From positions 10,714-74,713 of the forward strand of contig JAZDJS010000048.1 of NCBI GenBank assembly GCA_043803745.1: a stretch of DNA of 64,000 nt, written 5' to 3'. The DNA comes from an archaeon. GTDB taxonomy: Archaea > SpSt-1190 > DYHY01. The translations under genes and the position numbers were made by a program. Below the pieces are notes generated by a model, which saw nothing but the letters and a program-made list of their open reading frames with translations, ran no database searches and had not been told where the DNA came from. The stretch's first letter is position 1; each line of letters opens with the position of its first letter. Shown here one piece after another: positions 55,927 to 64,000 of the stretch.

Positions 55927-56433
55927 ATGAAGTCAAGACGAAAAATTGACAAGCTGAAAAAGCCGAGGGCATCGCCGAAATACAAGCAGATTCTTGGGCG
56001 AGGCGAGCAGGCCCCGGATTTTGCGCTATGGGGAACTGACGGGAAAAGCCATTCCCTTTCCGAATTCAAGGGGAAAAATGTCGCCCTGTACTTCTACCCG
56101 AAAGACAACACGCCCGGATGCACTTCCGAGGCCTGTTCCTTCCGCGACATTTTCCCAGAACTCAAGAAAAAGAAGGCGGTCGTAATCGGGATAAGCCCCG
56201 ACAACGTCAGGTCGCACGAGGATTTCGCGAGGAAATATTCCCTGCCGTTCCTTCTCCTTTCCGACCTCGATCATGCGGCAGCCAAGTCTTACGGGGTCTG
56301 GCAGAACCGGGGGATTTTCGGGTGGGGCGTTTCAAGGACAACTTTCACAATCGACCTCAGGGGGAAGATACGGAAGGTTTTCACGCAGGTCGTTCCCGAA
56401 GGGCATGGCAAGCAGGTTTTGAAGGCTCTCTGA
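55927..56433 (+). CDS. bcp: Peroxiredoxin Bcp/PrxQ
   Basis: [20 protein letters not shown]. Confidence 0.95.
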   Translation: MKSRRKIDKLKKPRASPKYKQILGRGEQAPDFALWGTDGKSHSLSEFKGKNVALYFYPKDNTPGCTSEACSFRDIFPELKKKKAVVIGISPDNVRSHEDFARKYSLPFLLLSDLDHAAAKSYGVWQNRGIFGWGVSRTTFTIDLRGKIRKVFTQVVPEGHGKQVLKAL

Positions 56434-56539
56434 GTCCCGCTCCGATTTTTCGGGAGCTGTGTTTAACTCCGTGGAGCGGGGGGCAGCCGCCGAAGTTTTA
56501 AGCGAAAAGGAATAAATAGTCGGGCGGCGTCCCCGCCGG

Positions 56540-58354
56540 ATGGCTGAGGGAAAAACGGATTTCACATTCAAGCTTGGCGGACCCGCCGGATACGGAATTG
56601 CCCAGGCTGGCGCGCTATTTTCAAAGGCATGCACCCGCTCCGGATATTTTGTCTTCGTCAACAACGAATACCCCTCACTAATCCGCGGCGGACACAACAC
56701 AGTCCAGGTCAGGATACGCAACGCGCCCGCGCTCGGTCTGGCTGAGAGGGTCGACCTCGTCCTCGCCCTTGACCGGAACGGGATTCTCGAGCACATTTCC
56801 GAGCTTGTCCCCTCTTCCGTAATTGTCTATGATTCCGACGAGGTCAAGGAAGAGGATGCCAGAACGGCTGGATGCACCCTTGTGCCGATGCCGCTCATAT
56901 CCCTAGCAAGGCAGGTCGGCGGGGAGAAGATAATGAAGAACACGGTCGGGCTTGGCGCAATAGCAGCGATTTCCGGGCTTGACATTGAAACCCTGAACGC
57001 GCTTATCCGGGAAAATTTCAGCGGGAAGAGGGAAGAGGTTGCTGCAACAAACATCAGGGCTGCGCGCCTCGGATATGATTATGTGGCTGAAAAATTCGGG
57101 GATGTTGTCGGGAAATTCCAGTGGAAGCTCTCGGAACTTCCAGCAGCTCCCGCAAGAATCCTAGTTTCGGGAAACGAAGCTGTTGCGCTCGGCGCAATGC
57201 GGGCGGGATGCAGGTTCCTTGCGGCATATCCGATGACTCCGGCATCGGCGATAATGCACTATTATGCCGCGAACGAGCGGACCGCCGGCGTCGTTATGAA
57301 GCATGTCGAGGATGAGATTTCGGGGATAAACATGGCAATTGGCGCGAACTTTGCGGGAGCGCGGGCAATGGTCGCGACTTCCGGCGGGGGCTTTTCCCTC
57401 CAGACAGAGGGCCTGGGCCTTGCCGCAATGACCGAGACTCCGGTTGTGATTGTCGAAGTCCAGAGACCGGGTCCTGCAACCGGGCTTCCGACTCACACGG
57501 GACAGGGCGATCTCCATTTCGTGATAAACGCACACCAGGACGAATTCCCAAGGGTCGTTGTTGCCCCGGGGGATACGGAGGAGGCTTTCAGGTTCACTTT
57601 CGATGCGTTCAACTGGGCTGAGAAATTTCAGGCGCCGGTAATTGTCCTTTCCGACAAGTATCTTGCGGAAAGCCAGTTCACGCACGAGCCGTTCGAACAC
57701 AAGAGCCTGAGAATTGAACGGGGGTTCATTGTCGATGCGGCTTGGCTTGAGAAGAACAAGCCCTACAAACGGTATGAGCGGACCGAAAACGGGGTCGCGC
57801 CAAGGGCGCTCCCGGGAACCCCTGGCGGGATACATAGGGCGCCCTCGGATGAGAGGGATGAATTCGGCAACATTGACGAATCTCCCCAGGTCAGGAAAAT
57901 GCAGGTTGAGCGGAGGCTTGCAAAATTCAGGGCAATCCAGAAAGAGATTCCCTTGCCAATTGTCCACGGAAGTTCGGAGGAACTAACATTTGTTGGCTGG
58001 GGCTCCAGCAAGGGGGCGATTCTTGAGGCAATCGAGCTCCTTGCGAAAAAGGGCATCCGCGCGAACTTTGTCCAGTTCACGTATCTTTGGCCATTCCCTC
58101 CCGGTGCGAAAGGCATCCTCGAAAAACTGAAAAGGCCTATTCTTGTCGAGGGGAATTCCACCGCCCAACTCGGGAAGCTCATCCGGCAGGAAACCGGGCT
58201 TTTGATAGGGGAAAGGATACTGAAATACGATGGAAGGCCAATTTCCGCCGATTTCGTTGTGAAAGGGTTTGAGAAACTGAAAAACGGGAGCCGAGGCATT
58301 GGCCGAGGTCCGGAGCCAAACGATGCTGAAACAAGCGACGGAGGCGAAGCCTGA
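56540..58354 (+). CDS. korA: 2-oxoacid:ferredoxin oxidoreductase alpha subunit
   Basis: YPSLIRGGH, YPMTPA, TSGGGFSL, RPGPATGLPT, GWGSS. Confidence 0.95.
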   Translation: MAEGKTDFTFKLGGPAGYGIAQAGALFSKACTRSGYFVFVNNEYPSLIRGGHNTVQVRIRNAPALGLAERVDLVLALDRNGILEHISELVPSSVIVYDSDEVKEEDARTAGCTLVPMPLISLARQVGGEKIMKNTVGLGAIAAISGLDIETLNALIRENFSGKREEVAATNIRAARLGYDYVAEKFGDVVGKFQWKLSELPAAPARILVSGNEAVALGAMRAGCRFLAAYPMTPASAIMHYYAANERTAGVVMKHVEDEISGINMAIGANFAGARAMVATSGGGFSLQTEGLGLAAMTETPVVIVEVQRPGPATGLPTHTGQGDLHFVINAHQDEFPRVVVAPGDTEEAFRFTFDAFNWAEKFQAPVIVLSDKYLAESQFTHEPFEHKSLRIERGFIVDAAWLEKNKPYKRYERTENGVAPRALPGTPGGIHRAPSDERDEFGNIDESPQVRKMQVERRLAKFRAIQKEIPLPIVHGSSEELTFVGWGSSKGAILEAIELLAKKGIRANFVQFTYLWPFPPGAKGILEKLKRPILVEGNSTAQLGKLIRQETGLLIGERILKYDGRPISADFVVKGFEKLKNGSRGIGRGPEPNDAETSDGGEA

Positions 58355-58355
58355 A

Positions 58356-59207
58356 ATGACGACCCTTTCCGAGCTTGCAGCAAGGATTCCGGACTGGTGC
58401 CCGGGCTGCGGGAATTTCGCAATACTCAACGCCCTGAAGAAGTCGATAATAGACCTGAAAATAGAGCCGAAGGATTTCGTTGTCGTGTCAGGGATAGGCT
58501 GTTCCGGGAAAATGCAGCAATGGCTCAACACCTACGGCATACACACGCTCCACGGGCGGGCTGTTCCGGTTGCGACGGGAGTGAAGCTTGCCAACGGGGA
58601 CCTGACCGTTGTCGTTTCTGGAGGAGATGGAGACGGCTACGGAATCGGAATAGGCCATTTCATACATGCGATGAGAAGGAACATTGACCTGACCTATCTT
58701 GTCCATAACAACCAGGTTTACGGGCTAACGACAGGTCAGACAAGCCCGACAAGCGAAAAGGGCTTTGTCACGAAATCAACGCCGTTCGGAGTAATCGAGG
58801 TTCCGGTCAATCCGATTGCGCTTGCAATTGAGTCGGGGGCGACGTTCGTTGCTCGCGGGTATTCCGGGGACATAATACATCTTTCCGGGCTGATAACTGA
58901 AGCAATCAAGCACAAGGGCTTTGCTCTCGTCGACATCCTCCAGCCCTGCGTGACCTTCAACCACAGGAACACCTACGAATGGTTCCAGAAGGTCTGCTAC
59001 AAGCTTCCGGCCGATTACAATCCGGGGGACCGGAAAGCGGCTCTTGCGAAATCGGACGAATGGGGGGAGAAGACGGGGATACCTATTGGCGTTGTCTACA
59101 GAGAAGAGAGGCCTACCTATTCGGATGAGGTTCCGCAGTTGAAAACTCCGCTGGTCAAACAGAGCCTGGAAATCGACATTGACAAGCTCATGGAGAAATT
59201 GGTTTGA
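58356..59207 (+). CDS. korB: 2-oxoacid:ferredoxin oxidoreductase beta subunit
   Basis: WCPGCG, SGIGC, HGRA, GDGD...NN TPP motif, QPCVTFN. Confidence 0.96.
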   Translation: MTTLSELAARIPDWCPGCGNFAILNALKKSIIDLKIEPKDFVVVSGIGCSGKMQQWLNTYGIHTLHGRAVPVATGVKLANGDLTVVVSGGDGDGYGIGIGHFIHAMRRNIDLTYLVHNNQVYGLTTGQTSPTSEKGFVTKSTPFGVIEVPVNPIALAIESGATFVARGYSGDIIHLSGLITEAIKHKGFALVDILQPCVTFNHRNTYEWFQKVCYKLPADYNPGDRKAALAKSDEWGEKTGIPIGVVYREERPTYSDEVPQLKTPLVKQSLEIDIDKLMEKLV

Positions 59208-59211
59208 ACTG

Positions 59212-60153
59212 CTAGATTTCCGCGCTCTGGCGGTAAAGATTCGGAGCTGCTGTCACGGGCGGCATCTTTCCGCTATGTCCGGGATAACAGCTGGAAGGCC
59301 CTTCAATCAGGAGCTGGATAAGCCGTCCTGCCGTGCTCGGAGCTTCGCCAGCATAAAGGGCTGCTGCATCATGTCTGGACGGTTCGAATAGGTATTCCGC
59401 CCATCTGCGAGCCTGGTCAAGCCTGCCGAGATGAGCTTCCTTTGAGAACTTTAGTTTCCTCCGTTCGCTTTCAAGGAAGCCTTGCCCTTTGAGGACAACA
59501 TCCATTCCTTTGCGGTATTCCAAATCAAATCCTGCAAGTTCTTCGGGCGTGCATGCCCAGCCAAGCGGATAAACCATCTCTGATTCGGGGGTGTTCTTCC
59601 AGGCGCCCCGCAGTGACTGCGGGCTTCGCAAATGGGCTCCGCAGCGGAACGTCTCGATATCCAGCATCGCGCCCTTTCCATATCGCGCAAAAAGGCCGAA
59701 TAGCTCGTCAACATATTCTTCGGCGTATACCCGCGGGTGGATGTGTTCCTCCTTCCCGACAAGGGAGGAATATCCGTCAAGAATCGTCTGGACGCTGCCA
59801 ACAAGTCCTTCCGGAATGACAATCCCCAAATCAATGTCGCCGGGGGCGTTCTCTCCGCCCAATGAGCTTTGCGGCTCTCCGGCAAGCATTCTCTTCATTA
59901 ATTTCCCGGCGCTTCCGGAAAAGACGACCGCATCCGCGCCAAGTTCTCCCAGCTCCTCCGCAATTGCGGAAGCGATGAGATAGTATTTCAGGGCGGTTTC
60001 GGTGTTCGCCTGCGGAAGGGAATAGCGCACAAGGAGTTTTGTTGCGGTTGAAACTGCGCTTTCCGGAACTTTTTCAGCCTTGTCGCCCAAGGAAGCGAGC
60101 AGTTCATTAGCCTTCTCCTCAGCAGATAACAGTTCAATCCCCTTGAACAGCAT
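59212..60153 (-). CDS. Pol-beta superfamily nucleotidyltransferase-like protein
   Basis: VVFSGS...GDIDLGIVI signature. Confidence 0.6.
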   Translation of the reverse strand: MLFKGIELLSAEEKANELLASLGDKAEKVPESAVSTATKLLVRYSLPQANTETALKYYLIASAIAEELGELGADAVVFSGSAGKLMKRMLAGEPQSSLGGENAPGDIDLGIVIPEGLVGSVQTILDGYSSLVGKEEHIHPRVYAEEYVDELFGLFARYGKGAMLDIETFRCGAHLRSPQSLRGAWKNTPESEMVYPLGWACTPEELAGFDLEYRKGMDVVLKGQGFLESERRKLKFSKEAHLGRLDQARRWAEYLFEPSRHDAAALYAGEAPSTAGRLIQLLIEGPSSCYPGHSGKMPPVTAAPNLYRQSAEI

Positions 60154-60251
60154 ATGCTTTTTGCATTTAAATAGTTACTTGTCAGTAGGTATTATCGCCA
60201 AATCAGGCAGTTCATCAAAACAGCTTTAATTCACCGGCGCGCAGTAAGAGA

Positions 60252-61361
60252 GTGCATCCTGCTCTTCACTGGAAAAAGCTCCCGAACCAAAAAATCCAGT
60301 GCCGCCTCTGCGCGCACTACTGCCTGATTAAGGAGGGTGAGTTCGGCTTCTGCCGGGTCAGGAAGAATTCCGGCGGCGCGCTCGTCTCCCTTTCCTACGG
60401 GCTTGCGCGCGGCGTTGCAATCGACCCGATTGAGAAAAAGCCGTTCTTCCAGTTCTTCCCGGGCTCGCGCGTCCTTTCCTTCGGAACGCCCGGCTGCAAC
60501 TTCACCTGCCTGGGCTGCCAGAACTGGGATTTGTCCCAAGAGCCGCGACTGGGTGTCTCCGAAGCGACCGAAGGTCCTCTGCAGAGGAAATCGCGGTCCT
60601 TGCAACCGGAGGAACTCGTCAAACTCGCAACCGGAACTGACGGCCTCGCATACACCTATTCCGAGCCGACGATTTTCTGGGAATATGCGCTCGATTGCAT
60701 CCGGCTTTCCAGGAAACTCGGCAAAAGGACGGCCGAGTCCAGCAGGGGCTGGACGAGGTCCCGAGCCGCGCGCGGCGAGGGAAAACAGCTCTACAACGTC
60801 TTCGTCTCAAACGGCTTCTTTTCTAGGGAGCTTGCCAATCAGATAATCAAGGAAAAACTTCTGGACGCCGTGAGGATTGACCTGAAGTTCATGGACGAAA
60901 AGAACTACAAGAACTATTGCGGCGGAAGGCTCAAGCCGGTCCTTGACAATATCCGAAAGTTCGCCAAATCGGAAATACACCTGGAAGTTATGGTGCTGAT
61001 AATCCCTGACCTAAATGACTCGCCGGCAACGCTGAGAAAATTCGCGAAATTCATCGCCTCGGTTGACAAATCGATTCCAATCCATTTCCTCCGTTTTTTC
61101 CCCCAATACAAGGCGGAGAACCGGCCGACTCCGGACGAAACTCTCGTTCTTGCGGGGAAAATCGCGAAAAAGGAGGGGCTCGAATATGTCTATCTCGGCA
61201 ACAGCACGATTCCCGGGGGCGAGGACACCCTCTGCCCTGGCTGCGGAAAGACTCTTGTCAGGCGGGAGGGGTTCGGGGTTGTCGAGAACTTTCTTCGCGC
61301 GCCAGCCTGCCCCTTCTGCGAAAGGAAGCTGAGAAGGTTCGTTCTTTCTACCAAGAAATAG
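60252..61361 (+). CDS. AmmeMemoRadiSam-type (PFL-activase-like) radical SAM enzyme
   Basis: CRLCAHYC, DPIEKKP, GCNFTCLGCQNW, YTYSEP, YVYLGN, C-terminal CxxC pairs. Confidence 0.93.
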   Translation: MHPALHWKKLPNQKIQCRLCAHYCLIKEGEFGFCRVRKNSGGALVSLSYGLARGVAIDPIEKKPFFQFFPGSRVLSFGTPGCNFTCLGCQNWDLSQEPRLGVSEATEGPLQRKSRSLQPEELVKLATGTDGLAYTYSEPTIFWEYALDCIRLSRKLGKRTAESSRGWTRSRAARGEGKQLYNVFVSNGFFSRELANQIIKEKLLDAVRIDLKFMDEKNYKNYCGGRLKPVLDNIRKFAKSEIHLEVMVLIIPDLNDSPATLRKFAKFIASVDKSIPIHFLRFFPQYKAENRPTPDETLVLAGKIAKKEGLEYVYLGNSTIPGGEDTLCPGCGKTLVRREGFGVVENFLRAPACPFCERKLRRFVLSTKK

Positions 61362-61391
61362 GCTTTTATTCCGCCTGCGCTCCGCGGGAAT

Positions 61392-62123
61392 GTGACTGAA
61401 AGTGTGGAGAAAATCCTGGCGCTCCTGGAAAAGGAATATCCCGATGCAGAAATCAACTTGGACCAGTCAAGCCCGGTCGAGCTTGTCGTCTCTGTAATCC
61501 TTTCCGCCCAGTGCACCGATGCAAGAGTGAACCTCGTGACTCCCGCCCTTTTCAGGAAATACCGGACATTCTCGGATTTCTCCCGCGCAAAACTCCCCGA
61601 CCTTGAGCGGATGATTCATTCAACCGGCTTTTTCCGGAACAAGGCGAAAAACATACGGAATTGCTGCAGGGAAGTCGTGGAAAAATGCGGAGGGCGCCTG
61701 CCTGAAACCCTTGAGGAGCTAATAGAACTCCCGGGGATAGGGAGGAAAAGCGGGAACGTGATAATCTCGAACATTTACGGGAGGAACGAAGGCGTCATTG
61801 TCGACACCCACGTTTTCCGCCTGGCGCGACGGCTCGGGCTTTCAGAGGGCAACACTCCGGAAAAGGTTGAGCGGGATTTGATGAAGCTCCTTCCGCAAAG
61901 GGACTGGCTTCTTTTCTCGAACCTGCTCGTCTTCCACGGACGGGCGGTCTGCAACGCAAGGAAGCCTCTGTGCGGGAACTGCAGTCTGAGAAAACTCTGT
62001 CCCTCTGTGCGGGAAAATCCGGCTGAACGTCTGGAACTTTCCGAAAAGTCTGAAAGCGTTCCGGATTTCGCTGACGCTCAACTTTTCGGTGAGAGGGTTC
62101 CTCAAATTATGGTCGGCAGGTAG
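61392..62123 (+). CDS. nth: Endonuclease III
   Basis: ILSAQCTD, LPGIGRKS, VDTHV, C.ARKP.C..C.....C; C-terminal tail overlaps the next gene. Confidence 0.96.
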   Translation: MTESVEKILALLEKEYPDAEINLDQSSPVELVVSVILSAQCTDARVNLVTPALFRKYRTFSDFSRAKLPDLERMIHSTGFFRNKAKNIRNCCREVVEKCGGRLPETLEELIELPGIGRKSGNVIISNIYGRNEGVIVDTHVFRLARRLGLSEGNTPEKVERDLMKLLPQRDWLLFSNLLVFHGRAVCNARKPLCGNCSLRKLCPSVRENPAERLELSEKSESVPDFADAQLFGERVPQIMVGR

Positions 62124-62671
62124 TTCGCGAATTCCTCGACCTTCTCCTGGAAGACCTTCGCATCATGCCGGAGGAGCTCGACGAACTGCTCGATCTTGTC
62201 GTAGTAAAAGTATTTCTCCCTCATGGGCCTGATGAACTTGAGGAGCGGGCTCCCGACCCATCGGGCAAGATAATCCGTCCTGCAGAAGCCGTCCATCTTG
62301 TATTCTATCCACCCGTGGTTCGCCATTATCGGGTTTTTCGGATCGGTCCCAGGCTTCGGCTTGGGCGTGAAATACATCTTCAGGTTCAGGAACATCCAGT
62401 TTATCGCATACTTGTAGTCGACCTCGTGGCTGCCCCTCCACCAGGCTGCGACGAATGTGCCTTCCCCTTGCTGGGCGGGCGGAACGTTAACATAACGGAC
62501 TTCCTGAGTGAGGTAGCCCAAATCCTGCATGATGCTGTATGACTTGCGGTAAAGCTGGTCAATTCCCCAGCCCTCGAGGCGGAATGTCACGTAATGGAGC
62601 GCATGGTATTGGACCGGACCTTGCCAATTGACCGGAGAAACCTTCTCAACGGTTGCATTCGCATCAGCCAT
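62102..62671 (-). CDS. Conserved hypothetical protein
   Basis: 189 aa, aromatic-rich; LY......DLGY...E..Y...TDY...W pattern recalls a DPANN family (not searched). Confidence 0.75.
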   Translation of the reverse strand: MADANATVEKVSPVNWQGPVQYHALHYVTFRLEGWGIDQLYRKSYSIMQDLGYLTQEVRYVNVPPAQQGEGTFVAAWWRGSHEVDYKYAINWMFLNLKMYFTPKPKPGTDPKNPIMANHGWIEYKMDGFCRTDYLARWVGSPLLKFIRPMREKYFYYDKIEQFVELLRHDAKVFQEKVEEFANYLPTII

Positions 62672-62780
62672 TTTTTCCTAAACCTGATTGCCCCTGCGGG
62701 ATTATTAAGCGTTTTGCTTTTTCCCGAGGCGCTTTAGGCGGAGAAAGGTTATAAATTTCGGTCGCGTTCCAGCTCCAACA

Positions 62781-63518
62781 ATGCCTGAGGAGACTAGCAG
62801 TCCGCAGAAAAGCCCCACGGTCAAGCAACGGCTCGGGGCGAAAATCGCAGGGGAAATCGTAATGTCGGATTCCCCGGCCAAGGCGCTGAAGAAATGGCGG
62901 GAAATCTTCAAGACCCAGCAGAACGAGCTTGCGAAATCCCTGAAAGTGAAGCCGTCCGTTATCAGCGATTACGAAAGCGGCAGGCGGAAGAGCCCCGGAA
63001 CGGTCGTGGTGCGCAGGGTCGTTGAGGCCCTCATTTCACTTGACGAGCTTAAAGGGAGCCAGACGATTTTCGAATTCTCAAACATGCTTTCCGGCGACGC
63101 AATATTCGAGATAATCCTCGACATAAAGGAGTTCCAAAAGCCCGCAAAGGTCAAGGATTTCATCGAGGCGTGCAAGGGCACGTTGATTACCGGAACCCCT
63201 TATCTTGACAGGGACGTCTTCGGATACACGGTGATAGACTCTATAAGGGCGATTGTCGAGTTCTCGCCGCTTGAGCTTGCCAAAATCTACGGCTCAACTA
63301 CTCAACGGGCGCTGGTCTTCTCAAAAATAACCTCCGGGCGCAGCCCGATGATTGCGATAAAGCTGACAAGCCTCAAGCCGGCTGTCGTGATCTTCCACGG
63401 GCCGCAGGAGGTTGACAAGCTTGCGGTGAAAATAGCCGAAACCGAGAAAATCCCGGTAATACTCTCGAACTATCCAACCGTTGACGAGCTTGTCGCGTCA
63501 ATGAGGTCCAAGTTCTGA
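62781..63518 (+). CDS. Xre-HTH transcriptional regulator, COG1709-like
   Basis: IAGEIVMS, SVISDYESGRRKSPG, GYTVIDS, GRSPMIAI. Confidence 0.9.
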   Translation: MPEETSSPQKSPTVKQRLGAKIAGEIVMSDSPAKALKKWREIFKTQQNELAKSLKVKPSVISDYESGRRKSPGTVVVRRVVEALISLDELKGSQTIFEFSNMLSGDAIFEIILDIKEFQKPAKVKDFIEACKGTLITGTPYLDRDVFGYTVIDSIRAIVEFSPLELAKIYGSTTQRALVFSKITSGRSPMIAIKLTSLKPAVVIFHGPQEVDKLAVKIAETEKIPVILSNYPTVDELVASMRSKF

Positions 63519-63519
63519 A

Positions 63520-63957
63520 ATGAGGCGCGCCCAGGCAACCCTCGAGTTCCTAGTGATTCTTGCGGTTTCAGCGGCGTATCTTTCGGCGGCGATTGCATTG
63601 ACCGGGGCGGGCTTCGCCGGGGTTGAGCGCGCGGCCCTTGCGAAGAACCGGGCGGAGGTTTCGGATTTCCTGGATTTTTCAGGCAGGATTTCAGGAAAGA
63701 CCCGGAGCAGCCTTTCGGAGAATTTCACGATTTTCCCGACCGGATGGCTTGACGTCTTCTCCGACGGGAAAGTTGTCGGGATTTCGACATGCGGGAAGTT
63801 CTCCGGAATTGAATCCGCGGAAATCTCACTGCCCTCGAAAGCTTTCGGGCTCCGGAAGGAAAGCTGCGATGATTTCGGCTTGAGCGGGAAATTCGGAGTG
63901 TCGGTCAGAAAAAGCTCCGGAGGTGTTGCTGAAATTGAAATCTCAGATTTCGATTGA
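63520..63957 (+). CDS. Class III signal peptide (pilin-like) protein
   Basis: MRRA-QATLEFLVILAV. Confidence 0.8.
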   Translation: MRRAQATLEFLVILAVSAAYLSAAIALTGAGFAGVERAALAKNRAEVSDFLDFSGRISGKTRSSLSENFTIFPTGWLDVFSDGKVVGISTCGKFSGIESAEISLPSKAFGLRKESCDDFGLSGKFGVSVRKSSGGVAEIEISDFD

Positions 63958-64000
63958 GCTGATTGTCGTCCTCTCCCTTGTCGTTCTTGCGGCGGGAGGC
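63935..64000 (+). CDS. Pilin-like protein, 3'-truncated by the window edge
   Basis: TTG start, MKS-QISIELIVVLSLVVLAAGG. Confidence 0.6.
   Translation, partial: MKSQISIELIVVLSLVVLAAGG

Overview
Gene-dense (~54% GC) archaeal chromosome segment, most consistent with a DPANN-type archaeon (lineage not resolvable from this window). Archaeal evidence: GatDE, FtsZ2, SepF, the rpl37ae-rpoP-pcc1-pfdB-DHH cluster, rpoK-rps17e, class III signal-peptide pilins, and BRE/TATA elements 20-35 bp before start codons. The window also holds a Tad/T4P-like pilus locus, a sufCBDSU-bcp-korAB Fe-S/redox block, three large secreted or surface proteins and many orphan ORFs. I found no rRNA, tRNA, CRISPR array or transposase gene. 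Best leads: (1) a histidyl-tRNA synthetase fused to a C-terminal AlaX-type editing domain, ending an apparent operon with a CX7CX2C radical SAM enzyme, RidA and a HisC-like PLP enzyme; (2) a second copy of the sepF 3' end in which every codon after a 35-bp identical core is synonymously recoded, flanking an 89-bp structured spacer; (3) two long hairpin-rich intergenic regions, one with IS200/IS605-end-like palindromes; (4) a giant Ig-repeat surface protein with acidic W-H-P-P insert loops. All calls come from motif recognition by eye; no database searches were run.
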